A stretch of DNA of 62,545 nucleotides, the filler included. It is 7 parts of 7 records of this genome, joined end to end, with 100 filler letters (N's around TTAATTAATTAA, not from the genome) between each part and the next. Parts side by side here need not be neighbours in the genome. Positions count along the whole stretch, not along the records: positions 1 to 7,634 come from SRR2962707_3250; positions 7,735 to 27,746 come from SRR2962707_3254; 5 more parts are not named here. One strand, given 5' to 3'. The notes below the pieces were generated by a model. The model had not been told where the DNA came from. It saw only the letters and a program-made list of their open reading frames with translations, and searched no databases. Positions 1 through 10,091 of the stretch are shown here, piece after piece. A program made the position numbers and the translations under genes. Position 1 is the stretch's first letter; every line of letters starts with the position of its first letter.

Positions 1-23
1 CCTACACGACGCTCTTCCGATCT
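1..23 (+). other. Illumina TruSeq adapter remnant (artefact)
   Basis: CCTACACGACGCTCTTCCGATCT matches the 3' end of the Illumina Read-1 adapter/primer. Confidence 0.97.
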
Positions 24-135
24 TCTCTGTTGAATCTCCTGACCCCAAAATCAGAATGTGACGCCCGCGGTGAGTTTGCTGCGGCCGAGAGTTGGGCTTT
101 GCGCAAGTTTGCCTCCGCTGGCCTGGCGAGCGGTC

Positions 136-816
136 ATGAGACGGCTTTGTGTTGGAGCCCTTCATGGGCTGTACCAAAACAAGGCGGTGTTTGCGCAGAA
201 GACGCAATCCCTCCGAGCTGTGCTTCCCGAAGCAGCGGTGGATCTTGAGTACCTGGATGCTCCGCACCGAGCTGTTCCGGCAGTTTTGCGAAGCCCCAAA
301 ACTGCCAGCAAGAAAAACACTCGCCTTGCTGGAGCCGACTCGCTGGACTTCAAGGGCTGGTGGAATCCGACGAGTTCTGGCAACCTGCACGTCGAAGAAG
401 AAACTCTCGAAACCTTGCGAAAGGTCGGAGCCCAATTTAAGCAAGACCATGTGACCGGTGTCATTGGATTTAGCCAAGGTGGGGCTTTGGCGGCTCTTCT
501 GTGTTGCAAGGACGTGCAGAGACTGATAAATTGGGGTCCCGAATTCGTCATTTTGTGCTGCGCCTACGAAAGCAAGCTTCCGTTTCACAGCCAACTGTTG
601 AGCTCCGGAATTGATCCCCGAATCCGTTCTTTGCATGTCGGTGGCGCAAAAGACCAGGTTGTTCCGGCGACCAGATCCCGTGAACTTAGCAAGCTGTTTC
701 ATGGGCCTGTGTTCGTTGAAAGTCCTGGTGGCCACCAGTGCCCAACGGACGAACCCACACTGTTAAAAATTCGTGAATTCATTGGCGAAATGCAACCAAG
801 CTTGATCGCCTGCTAG
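136..816 (+). CDS. FSH1/OVCA2-family serine hydrolase (eukaryotic)
   Basis: LHGxxQN N-terminal motif, GFSQG nucleophile elbow, HVGGxKD and GGH catalytic motifs. First ATG is at 136 within ORF 58..816. Confidence 0.85.
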   Translation: MRRLCVGALHGLYQNKAVFAQKTQSLRAVLPEAAVDLEYLDAPHRAVPAVLRSPKTASKKNTRLAGADSLDFKGWWNPTSSGNLHVEEETLETLRKVGAQFKQDHVTGVIGFSQGGALAALLCCKDVQRLINWGPEFVILCCAYESKLPFHSQLLSSGIDPRIRSLHVGGAKDQVVPATRSRELSKLFHGPVFVESPGGHQCPTDEPTLLKIREFIGEMQPSLIAC

Positions 817-868
817 AACCGAAAAAAATAAAGGGGATTTATTTTAGAATTGTGTCTTTTGCACACTT

Positions 869-3706
869 CTACAACATTGTTCGAACTTTGTCACAGATGT
901 CGCCGCAATCAAACCAATATGTGATGGCTTGATGAATCCCACTCGAGCTGACGTCGTGAGCCCATCCCGACGGAAGGTACACAGCTTCCCCTGCATGGAG
1001 TGTGAAAGAGCCCATCGTAGTTTTGTGGAAATTCGGGAGTTCATCGTAGTTGTAATCCATATCTGCATGCGCTGTCACGGCGCGGCTGAAACGCGTGACC
1101 GTGTTGTAGCCGTAGTATCGGTAGTAATGAACTTGCTTGTGGCCCTGGAGCTGATCAATGTCGCCAGACGCACTCACATAGTGCGGTGGGACCACATACT
1201 CCATGAACATGGCGTCTTGTGGCGAAAACACTTTCCACTCTTTTTTGCCCCGCAGCAGGACGTGGAAATTGTCGAACCGGTCATAGTGCAGGCCGCTAAT
1301 GCCCGGCATTTCTTTGCGGGCAGCACCCATCCAAAACGATACTCCCTTAGGATCCAACCCTGCCTTATCAAATATTTCTGGGATTGGAATATCTTCTTTC
1401 ATTCGATCAAGTGGAAATCCATAAATACTGCGTCCGGTAGAGGATTCAACGTTGTATATTGATGAAGCGCCGCTCTTGCGCTCGGCAATGGACCCAGCGT
1501 CAAAATAGGTTGGGGAAGTGATGTTGAAGTCAGGGTCAAATATCATATGCACATAGTCGCAATACTTCACATACTCCCGCTTGAGCCGCGAAGTTCCAGA
1601 AAATACTGGGACCCCATTGTCCAAATTGGAGCGAGCTAGACTCACCGTCTCCGCGCCAGCTTTGTGGCACAAGTACACATCATCCCAATCGCATGTTCGC
1701 CATCCGAACGCTTGCATCAACAGTGGGCATGAGCTGTTTGATGCAGGACTGAGCGAATTTGCTGACGGGTGTGTCGGCGGCAGTTGTTTTGATTCCTCAG
1801 CCGTGTGCAACAGTCGAATGTAGCTTGACGACGACCCACCGCGACGCTGTATTTCTTGAGCCCTTGCGCGTTGGCGCTGCACTGGGTCGTTGAATTGCTG
1901 TTTGTCAGTGACCGGATTTCCAATCGCTGCGCCCCAGTCGGTAGATGAGCCAACAGGACCGTACAATTCCTCAACGGAAGCGGGCGCCACCTCGTCCGTG
2001 GAATTTATGGCTTCCAAAGAGATGATGAAAGGTTCACGCCTCCTCATGTAGTCGAGCCATTCGCCAGGAGACGGCATGCGGTTGAAACGGTGGGGCGTCC
2101 ATTTGCTGCGTCGAGGCTTGTACTTTTGTCCTGGGCCAGTGATCAACGGCGCTGGTTTCGGCAGAACGAATCCGCGATAATCGTTCACAGCGTGACTCAG
2201 TAACTCGTCGTAGTCGTGGCGAACCGCAGCAAGAGCCGAAACCACAGCTGGGTCACTCAAAACTTCGTCCTCTCCTGACTCATGCAAGCGAGCTTGAAGC
2301 CACTGCACAAGAAATCCGACTAAGAACTCTGGCCCATCAGCTCCAGACTCATCGTCGTCATACAATGGCGCAAGGCCGCGAATGGCAGCCTCATATTCTT
2401 TGCTGTAAAGATCCACGAGCGGCGCCAAATGCCGAAGCTTGCCCGGCAGCAAGTTTCCATTCACCTTGTATGACTCAAAGACAGGCGTATTAATGATGCT
2501 GACAAGCCATTGGCAGAACTCGATGTCCATATCTTGCAACCCGACAGACAGCGCTTCCATTGCCGTATCCCAGAGCATTCCGGGGTGCGTCACTCCGTGG
2601 GGGTTGTCTGTGCCATCAAACATGTGCTCGCCAGATGCCGCGAGGAATATCTCACCTTGGACCATCCTCTTCAAAATAGAAAAGTACCTTGCAGTCCCTG
2701 CACGGACTTGCCGAGATCTGGACTCGTGGCGTGCGAGCCCAACATGAAGCCAAAGCTGGTATTCGTCCCGTTTCGCGTTTTTGAGCGCGAGTGCACAAAG
2801 CTGCTCTCCCAAAATTGCGCCTTCCACGCTGTCAGTTACCTCCTCGTACCACCGTGGGTTTTGAAGGGCGAGTTCAATGAAGTGCCAACACAATCCTCGT
2901 GTCATGTCGTGCAAATGCTTTGCAAGCGCTTCATTCACATCGGGATCAAATTTACTACAATTTGGCAACCCCACGGGCAGTGGGGTACTCTCCGGCCCGG
3001 AGTAGCGTTCCCATGTGTTCGGGTCCCACGCTTTTGTCTGGAACACCTGTGTGACTGCAAGACGAGGTGCTGTCTTCGGGGCCGTAGGATCAGCAAGTTG
3101 GAAAAAGTCAAAAAAAAGCCAGCGTTCGTAGTGGCCCCGCAGGTTGTCTTCCTCGCTAAAGTGGGTGAGAATGGACTTGAAGTTGGTGTAGACAGTTGGA
3201 AGGGGCCCCGTTTCGTTCACGTGGGTGTCAAATGAAAAGAAAACCCCAGTGAATGGGTCTTGCTTGTCGATATTCATTGATCCATCGGCATTCACCATCA
3301 CTGCGGCCTGCTCTGGACTGAGCGGGAACTTGCAGATCTGGATCGCAGGTAAGTCGGTACGTGCAGGGAATTCAAATTCGCTGGTGTCTCTCACAGGCAA
3401 GGTTGCAAGCAGATTGTTGTATGGCATTTTCGGGTCGTCAACACCAGGGGTGAGAAGGCCATTTTGCTTCGGGCTCGGTGATTCAACTTTTTGCACTGTA
3501 TCGCGTGATTTGATGATCTCGCGCCTGTGCTCCTTAATTTGTTGACCCCTGGCAGCTGTTTTGCTGCCAGTTCGATGCCGCGGTTTTGCTGCTGCTTGGT
3601 ACGGTGCTGACGCCGCGGACACCAACCTGTTGCATGGCCAGTGAAAAAGCACGATCGACAAATAAATGGCGAGTGCAAGGCGAAGGCCATATTTTGGTCT
3701 TGTCAT
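869..3706 (-). CDS. Large JmjC (cupin-8-like) 2OG-Fe(II) oxygenase with N-terminal signal/anchor
   Basis: C-terminal SGLHYDRFDNFHVLLRGKKEW...LHAGEAVYLPSGWAHDV gives the HxD...H triad. Hydrophobic N-terminus follows the ATG at 3706. Intronless ORF. Confidence 0.8.
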   Translation of the reverse strand: MTRPKYGLRLALAIYLSIVLFHWPCNRLVSAASAPYQAAAKPRHRTGSKTAARGQQIKEHRREIIKSRDTVQKVESPSPKQNGLLTPGVDDPKMPYNNLLATLPVRDTSEFEFPARTDLPAIQICKFPLSPEQAAVMVNADGSMNIDKQDPFTGVFFSFDTHVNETGPLPTVYTNFKSILTHFSEEDNLRGHYERWLFFDFFQLADPTAPKTAPRLAVTQVFQTKAWDPNTWERYSGPESTPLPVGLPNCSKFDPDVNEALAKHLHDMTRGLCWHFIELALQNPRWYEEVTDSVEGAILGEQLCALALKNAKRDEYQLWLHVGLARHESRSRQVRAGTARYFSILKRMVQGEIFLAASGEHMFDGTDNPHGVTHPGMLWDTAMEALSVGLQDMDIEFCQWLVSIINTPVFESYKVNGNLLPGKLRHLAPLVDLYSKEYEAAIRGLAPLYDDDESGADGPEFLVGFLVQWLQARLHESGEDEVLSDPAVVSALAAVRHDYDELLSHAVNDYRGFVLPKPAPLITGPGQKYKPRRSKWTPHRFNRMPSPGEWLDYMRRREPFIISLEAINSTDEVAPASVEELYGPVGSSTDWGAAIGNPVTDKQQFNDPVQRQRARAQEIQRRGGSSSSYIRLLHTAEESKQLPPTHPSANSLSPASNSSCPLLMQAFGWRTCDWDDVYLCHKAGAETVSLARSNLDNGVPVFSGTSRLKREYVKYCDYVHMIFDPDFNITSPTYFDAGSIAERKSGASSIYNVESSTGRSIYGFPLDRMKEDIPIPEIFDKAGLDPKGVSFWMGAARKEMPGISGLHYDRFDNFHVLLRGKKEWKVFSPQDAMFMEYVVPPHYVSASGDIDQLQGHKQVHYYRYYGYNTVTRFSRAVTAHADMDYNYDELPNFHKTTMGSFTLHAGEAVYLPSGWAHDVSSSGIHQAITYWFDCGDICDKVRTML

Positions 3707-4709
3707 TATGTTGCCCTCGTTGAGCGTCACGAATCCAAAAATAATAGTTGCACGAAATGCACGTGTGGAAAAAACAGCACGGCAACATACGGGCGCGGCC
3801 CGCGTCGTGAACGTGGGCTGCAAGTGCAGAGCCGCTGGCTAACCGGCTGGCTACTATTTTAGGTCTAACAGCGTCCAGGTAGCCCAGCAGCACCGCGTGA
3901 ACGAAGGCGAATGGAATGGCACCAGGTTTTCACTGAGTTTTCGAGTTTTCTCAGGCTCCTCTCTGCCAACAGTGCGTTGTTGGTGCGCAGACCGTCCAAT
4001 CAGTCAATGCAACGCAAGCGCAAGAGTGTTCAACGCTTGACGCGAATTGGTGGGCGGATCAACAACGGACGGATGAGTGCAGGCGGCACCGGTCAATTTT
4101 TATAATAATATCTAAGTAACGGTAACTAAAATTACCGGTTCGTGGTCTCCCACTCTCAAAAAGGGGGAGTGAGAGTGAATAAACAATGATATGACGAGTG
4201 CGTCTCCATCAATCCCTATAAATTGGTCTAAATAGTGCGAACTTAGCGATAGTCTACACCCGACCCAAGAACCTGGTCTTGTTCGCAATGGCCGATCTTT
4301 GAAGAGCAAGCAAGCCCGCCCCCCCCCCCTTGTTTTTCCAGAAGGACGAACGGCTTGCCACTCACTTATGACTTACTTCTACTTTGCCGACTTTTTCACC
4401 TGCAGGAGTTGCTTTCTTTCGTTCCTTCGCTGCTGTTCGTTGACGAACCGAAAGTCGGTCGCTGTGAATGAGGGTTGCAACAGGGTGCAAGGACGGAGAA
4501 GAGTCGAAGGGAATCGCAAGGGCTGTGAATATTGTGCGAAAGATAATTACGGGCACGTTGAATACATTGCATGCTCACTACGCGAAGGTGATTTCGGCTC
4601 GTCTCGATCCGATCTCCACAGAAGCTTCTCAGACTCACTTGATCAGGGAGCTGCGGCTGGTTTCTCAGTGCACGCGCCGTGCAAGCCAGCAACACCCGCA
4701 AAACTCCAC

Positions 4710-5690
4710 ATGAAGCTCAAGCAATTGGAGGCATGTTTGTCTCAAGTCAAGCCGTTTGATGCTCCACAATACGAGCTCGAGCAGTATCCGACGTCCGCAC
4801 ATTTGGCGGCCCGCATTCTCTACACAGCCGCTGGATTCCAGGATGTGGAGGACCGTGTCGTGTTCGATCTTGGCACCGGGACTGGCATGTTCGCCATCGG
4901 AGCTCAAGTCATGGGTGCTGGTATGACCACTGGTTTTGACATTGACCCCTCGGCTCTGGAAGTGGCGAAAGTGAATTCTGAAAACGTTGAAGTCGACGTG
5001 GACTTTGTCCTGTGCGACGTTGCGGGCCTGGCCGCCAATCTGGGTCAAGACGCGAGCCAAGGGTGTGACCCAGATGAGCGCGCACTGTCCACAGAGAATG
5101 GAGATCGCCACGGGCGTGAGCTGTCCGCACAAGAAGTTTCCAGTCCGGAACTGCAAGAATCGGATCCTTCGTCGGCCAGTGATCAGCTGCATGGCCAAGC
5201 TACCCACGCTGTTGACTTGACCGGAAAGTGCGATACCGTGTTCATGAATCCACCGTTTGGGACCCGAGTGAAGGGCATTGACATGGTATTCTTGCGCCTC
5301 GCGCTCTCCATGGCAACCACTGCCGTTTACACGCTGCACAAATCATCGACGCGGAAGCACGTTCTAAAAGTCGGGGCTCGCTCGGGAGCCGTTGGGCAAG
5401 TACTTGCAACTCTAAAATTTGACGTGCCGAAGATGTACGCCTTCCACCGCAAGGCATCGAAGGATATCGAGGTCGACTTCATTCGTTTTGACAAGACTGC
5501 GCTCCAGGGACCTGGGGCAGCTGCTGTGGCGGCCGCCGCTGCCGAAGCGGCGGCCCTGGCTTTCCCACCACCTGCCGCTGTCCCACGCCGCGGGAAGCCA
5601 GGTTCACACAGTAAGGGGAAAAGTGGAAACCGTAACAAAGGAGGATTCGGTGGAGCCAAATCATCGAAAGGGCGGGGCAAGCGAAGATAA
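4710..5690 (+). CDS. METTL5: rRNA N6-adenosine methyltransferase METTL5
   Basis: MKLKQLE..LEQYPTSAHLAA start, DLGTGTG SAM motif, NPPF motif, KGIDMVFL, and YAFHRKASKDIEVD C-terminus. Confidence 0.92.
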   Translation: MKLKQLEACLSQVKPFDAPQYELEQYPTSAHLAARILYTAAGFQDVEDRVVFDLGTGTGMFAIGAQVMGAGMTTGFDIDPSALEVAKVNSENVEVDVDFVLCDVAGLAANLGQDASQGCDPDERALSTENGDRHGRELSAQEVSSPELQESDPSSASDQLHGQATHAVDLTGKCDTVFMNPPFGTRVKGIDMVFLRLALSMATTAVYTLHKSSTRKHVLKVGARSGAVGQVLATLKFDVPKMYAFHRKASKDIEVDFIRFDKTALQGPGAAAVAAAAAEAAALAFPPPAAVPRRGKPGSHSKGKSGNRNKGGFGGAKSSKGRGKRR

Positions 5691-5813
5691 CAGGGCAGGT
5701 GGTAACATTTGCTGGCCCTCGAATGGGCCAATCGGAGAACCCATGGCGCACTGGAATAGAGGATGGTAGATAAACTAATTATGACATGACAAGGTGTGTG
5801 CTCGTCTCGCCGT

Positions 5814-7594
5814 CTATGGTAAGAATTCAATGCCCTCGAACTTGGCAGGACTGCCGTCACCAAGCAGAACATGAACACCAGGCCTATATATCGCAAATGG
5901 AATCACGCACGCAAATAAAAAACCATATTTCCTTTTCCGCGTTTCACTCTTCTTTCCAGTGCCGCGTTTCACAACGAGCACATCGAATGACCATGCACGC
6001 ACCGTTCTCCAACATTGATATCATGCGGGAGTAAAAGTGACTCGCCAGTGGTCAGCGAGACAACATCGAGCTCTGTTGCAACATTGGAGCCTGAAAAATC
6101 AGTGTTGCGGTCAGATGCTCTGACGTATCATTCTGAGGCGTCACGCAATTGTAAGGAACACTGTATCCCGAATGCAATATGCCCTGTGCACATACCCTTT
6201 TCGATGACTCGAAGAACCATAAATACATCATCAAAACCTGGCACTGCCCGAAGAGCGCTGACGCCAAAGTCGCTCGAATCCTGACGCAACAACAAAGGGA
6301 AAGCAAGTGCGGGTACTTCAACGTCCAGTGACGACGACAGCAAGCACAGTCCTGAGTGAACGCAGTATTTCGCGGTGGGGATTCAAAAACATCAATCTAC
6401 GTACCGGGTAACTGACTGTCCGAACCTCAACTGAGGAGAAGTTTCCGGAAGCAACGACATATCTATGAGTATTGCCCATGACCTCATCGGCATCGTCTGA
6501 ATACGGACCTTCCTCTGAAATTTTTCGCGGGAAGAACACCCACTGTTGCTTTTCTTCCCACCATTCAGCACTTTCATGACTGACGTAGCCGGGAAATGAC
6601 GCGCCAAGCGCAGCCCGAATTGCTTTGTACGGGCCTTGCCAGTCACGATACGACAAGGTGAGGAGCTCTTCGTGATCTTCCCCGTCGTCGGTCACAGGAA
6701 CTTGGACTGTGTTCACTATTTTGACCCATTCGCCTCCGCGCCCCATGATCACTCCATTGTCGACCCACTCGCGTCCATGGCCTTTGACCAGACAAGTACC
6801 GCACAAGCAACCACCACAAGTCGCCTGAAACACGTTCTGAAAGTGAAAATAAATGCTCGCCATTCATGCACCATGTATGCACGTTCAAATCAATCTCTCT
6901 GAGACGTGCAACAGTGCACTTCTTTGGGTGATTCTTGGTCGATTCTTGGGCGCAAGCACGCTCGACAGAAACGGTCGTGCACAATGGTTGGCAGGCCAAA
7001 CGTACCACCAATGTGAAGCTTATCGTCACGCACGGCTAGCCATTCGTTCTTGGCTGGCAGGATGGACTGGCCACCGTCGTCCGTAATAATGAGAGTTGGC
7101 ACCAAATCAAGACCCCCAGACGAAAGGTAAGTGCTTGTGCATTTTTCTGAAGTGCTTCCCAATACTTGGTCGTGATCGTCGTCGCTGGGAAGAAGCCGGA
7201 AGAGGATGCCTGTTGAATCACATATCGACCACAAGGTCCCTTTCCAGAAAGCCAAGTCACTGAGCTCGAGGCCGCGACTTTTGTGCGCGTGCCGTGATCT
7301 CAGCGGAATTTCTCGATCCCACTCTATGGAAAACTTTACCTTGGGGTGTTGTTCCGACTCTTCTCCGACGTGATGCACTTGAAGGTGGCCTATTTTTAGC
7401 ACGGTGTGCAGCCAGTGCTTCTCCCCCTGTGTTTTCTTGTCCAGGTCTGCAATGACGGCAAATCTCAACGCAGAATGCACATTTGGCTGGCTGAATGAAT
7501 TGTCTTCACCGTCCACAACCTCAACACCAGATGCAACTCCCACAATACCAACAATGAAAACGCAACCAAAAAGGGCAAAAACCAGCGACCACAT
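5814..7594 (-). CDS. Calcium-activated nucleotidase/apyrase (CANT1-like), multi-exon, signal peptide
   Basis: Exon fragments IADLD, RGLELSDL, KNEWLAVRDDKLHIG, GHGREW, GYVSHES..W..FPRK and terminal KFEGIEFL*. Exact exon boundaries are only partly resolved. Confidence 0.85.
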
Positions 7595-7634
7595 CTCGTG
7601 GCTCGCTCAGCACCGACCAAAAGCCGACTGCTGC

Positions 7635-7734
7635 NNNNNNNNNNNNNNNNNNNNNNNNNNNNNNNNNNNNNNNNNNNNTTAATTAATTAANNNNNNNNNN
7701 NNNNNNNNNNNNNNNNNNNNNNNNNNNNNNNNNN
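7635..7734. other. Artificial contig spacer
   Basis: 44 N + TTAATTAATTAA (stops in all six frames) + 44 N. Confidence 0.99.
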
Positions 7735-7764
7735 GTGTGGGTTCGAGTCCCACCGCCCGCACCA
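7735..7764 (+). tRNA. 3' fragment of a tRNA (probably Leu), at the contig start
   Basis: T-arm GTGGG-TTCGAGT-CCCAC, acceptor 3' strand CGCCCGC, discriminator A, encoded CCA. The anticodon is absent, so the isotype is inferred. Confidence 0.8.
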
Positions 7765-7871
7765 CTGTTCCTTGGCCTACCGCCTTCGGCTACTAGATGC
7801 CGGTTTGCTTCTTGGGTTGCTCATCCTCTATTCCCTTCCCAGAATTAACGACCCGCTTGTGCAAAAGCCTA

Positions 7872-7900
7872 TTGCGATCTTGGAAAAGCCGAACTAGCGT
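7872..7900 (+). promoter_or_regulatory. Possible sigma70 promoter for the thi operon
   Basis: TTGCGA-N17-TAGCGT about 55 nt upstream of the riboswitch. Weak match only. Confidence 0.3.
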
Positions 7901-7954
7901 CCGCCCTTGAGTGTAGTCGGCGCGTTCTAAGGTCGTCAGCTACCAGAAATATTA

Positions 7955-8036
7955 TCCGTCGGGGGGCCTTAGGGCTGAGAGGTGCATGCACCGACCCGTC
8001 GAACCTGATCCGGGTCATACCGGCGTAGGGAACGGG
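7955..8036 (+). ncRNA. TPP riboswitch (THI element)
   Basis: GGGG..GGCTGAGA..ACCCGTCGAACCTGATCCGGGTCATACCGGCGTAGGGAA with P1 CCGT/ACGG, directly upstream of thiD. Confidence 0.96.
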
Positions 8037-8106
8037 TATTCTGCGAATGACATCGCAGGCTCTTTCTTGCGTCCGTACGTCCCGCCCAAACGGAGACATG
8101 TGCGCA

Positions 8107-8913
8107 ATGATAGCCCCAACCCCCATCGCCCTGACGATTGCTGGCTCGGACAGTGGCGGCGGTGCTGGCGTTCAGGCCGATATCAAGGCGATGTCGGCGA
8201 ACGGTTGTTATGCTGCCAGCGTGATCACCGCCATCACCGCGCAGAACACGACGGCTGTCACCGCAATTCACGAGGTGCCCGCCGATTTGGTGGCAGCCCA
8301 GATCGAGGCGGTTCTGTCAGACATTGATGTGCGTGCGATCAAGCTGGGTATGCTGTTTTCGCAACCCATCATCGATGCGGTTGCAAACGGCATTCGGGGG
8401 TTTAGCGGGCCTATTATCGTCGATCCGGTGATGGTCGCCAAATCGGGGGATACGCTGCTGCAACGGTCCGCCATAGACGCGATGATCGACAAAATACTCC
8501 CGCTCGCGACGCTCATAACCCCCAACCTGCCCGAAGCAGCGCAACTGTTGAACGAAACGCCAGCCCGAACGCCCGATAATATGGCCGCACAAGGCATGCG
8601 GTTGCTCAGCTTGGGGCCGGGCGCGGTTTTGATGAAGGGCGGCCATGCCGAGGGCGGCACCTGCACAGATGTGTTGGTCGACGCGACGGGGGTTCTGGCG
8701 ACGCTGACTTCGGACCGGGTGGCGACGCGCAATACCCATGGCACAGGATGCACCTATTCTGCGGCAATTGCGGCAAACCTGTCCAAGGGGTTGGAACTGG
8801 ACGCCGCTGTGGGGGCCGCGCATCGCTATTTGCAGGGCGCTATCTTAGCGGCGGATGAGCTGCACGTTGGCAAGGGCCAAGGGCCCGTGCATCATTTCTA
8901 CGGTCAGTGGTAA
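8107..8913 (+). CDS. thiD: Hydroxymethylpyrimidine/phosphomethylpyrimidine kinase
   Basis: ALTIAGSDSGGGAGVQAD, DPVMVAKSG, TPNLPEA and NTHGTGCT motifs. GGAG at 8092 supports the start at 8107. Confidence 0.95.
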   Translation: MIAPTPIALTIAGSDSGGGAGVQADIKAMSANGCYAASVITAITAQNTTAVTAIHEVPADLVAAQIEAVLSDIDVRAIKLGMLFSQPIIDAVANGIRGFSGPIIVDPVMVAKSGDTLLQRSAIDAMIDKILPLATLITPNLPEAAQLLNETPARTPDNMAAQGMRLLSLGPGAVLMKGGHAEGGTCTDVLVDATGVLATLTSDRVATRNTHGTGCTYSAAIAANLSKGLELDAAVGAAHRYLQGAILAADELHVGKGQGPVHHFYGQW

Positions 8914-9908
8914 TGGATCGGATCACCATCATAGGGGCGGGCGTTGCCGGGCTGTGTGTGGCGCGTGCGTTGTTGGACCGCGGGGCCGATGTCAGGATCG
9001 TGGATCGTAACGCGGTGCTTGGTCCGCAGGCGTGTTCATGGTGGGCGGGCGGTATGCTGGCCCCCTATTGCGAGGGCGAAAGTGCGGAAGAACCCGTTGT
9101 GCGTTTGGGCCAAGAAGCCGCGGATTGGTGGGCGGCAAAAACAAGCGCCGTGCGCCGCTGTGGGACGCTGGTCGTTTCACCGGCCCGAGACCGCGCAGAT
9201 CTGAACCGCTTTGCCCGGCGCACCCAAGCATTTCGCGAAGTCGACGCAGACGAGATTTCGCAGCTTGAGCCTGATTTGGCCGGTCGCTTTACCAAAGGTC
9301 TGTTCTTTGAAAGCGAAGCGCATCTGGCCCCGCGCGAGGCGTTGGCGCAATTGCGTGCAGGGTTGGTTGCGGATGGTGCGGTGTTTGAGGTGGCGGATGC
9401 CAATCCGGACGACTTTGCACAGCGAGGGCTGACCATCGATTGTCGCGGGTTTCAGGCACGAAGCCATGACGCAAGCCTGCGCGGTGTGAAGGGGGAGATG
9501 CTGATCCTGTCCTGCCCTGAGATTACCCTTAGCCGCCCCATACGCATGCTGCATCCGCGTGTTCCGCTGTACATCGTGCCGCGCGGGGATGGTGTGTTTA
9601 TGGTCGGTGCGACGATGATCGAAGGCGGCAATGGGCAACGTGTCACTGCCCGGTCGCTGCTAGAAATGCTAAGCGCCGCCTATGCCCTGAACCCGGCGTT
9701 CGGAGAGGCCGAAGTGATCGAGACCGGCGTCGACAGCCGCCCGGCGTTTCCCGACAATTTACCCCGCATCAGCCGCCGGGGAAATCTGATCAGCGCGAAC
9801 GGGCTGTACCGACACGGGTTTCTGCTGGCCCCCGCGATGGCGCGGATGGTGGCAGAGTTGGTTTGTGACAATAAAATACCGGAGATACTGCATGAAACTG
9901 CTGCTTAA
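8913..9908 (+). CDS. thiO: Glycine oxidase (FAD-dependent)
   Basis: IIGAGVAG, AGGMLAP and NGLYRHGFLLAP motifs. TAATG overlap with thiD. Confidence 0.93.
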   Translation: MDRITIIGAGVAGLCVARALLDRGADVRIVDRNAVLGPQACSWWAGGMLAPYCEGESAEEPVVRLGQEAADWWAAKTSAVRRCGTLVVSPARDRADLNRFARRTQAFREVDADEISQLEPDLAGRFTKGLFFESEAHLAPREALAQLRAGLVADGAVFEVADANPDDFAQRGLTIDCRGFQARSHDASLRGVKGEMLILSCPEITLSRPIRMLHPRVPLYIVPRGDGVFMVGATMIEGGNGQRVTARSLLEMLSAAYALNPAFGEAEVIETGVDSRPAFPDNLPRISRRGNLISANGLYRHGFLLAPAMARMVAELVCDNKIPEILHETAA

Positions 9909-10089
9909 TGGTGAGGCGGTCGAGGCCGAGGCCGCGACCTTGGCTGATCTGCTGGAACAGGTGGGCTTTGGCGGGGCCAAGGTTGCGACAGCCGTGAACG
10001 GCAATTTTGTCGCTGCGGCTGCGCGCGCGGGGCATGTACTGGCCCCGGATGACCGCGTTGAAGTCCTTGCGCCGATGCAGGGGGGCTAG
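9892..10089 (+). CDS. thiS: Sulfur carrier protein ThiS
   Basis: 65 aa, [10 protein letters not shown]-terminal PMQGG. Confidence 0.95.
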   Translation: MKLLLNGEAVEAEAATLADLLEQVGFGGAKVATAVNGNFVAAAARAGHVLAPDDRVEVLAPMQGG

Positions 10090-10091
10090 GG

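Noticed and set aside
4299..4709. 137-aa N-terminal extension of the METTL5 ORF, or exon-like fragments at 4340-4590
   Set aside because: TTG start in a eukaryote, and METTL5 homology begins at ATG 4710. The fragments could not be assembled into a credible gene.
7679..7690. TTAATTAATTAA palindrome recurring six times
   Set aside because: Always centred in N44/N44, so it is a synthetic six-frame stop linker and not a biological repeat.
7594..8107. Apparent bacteria-to-eukaryote HGT junction
   Set aside because: The two sides are separated by an artificial spacer, with no physical linkage.
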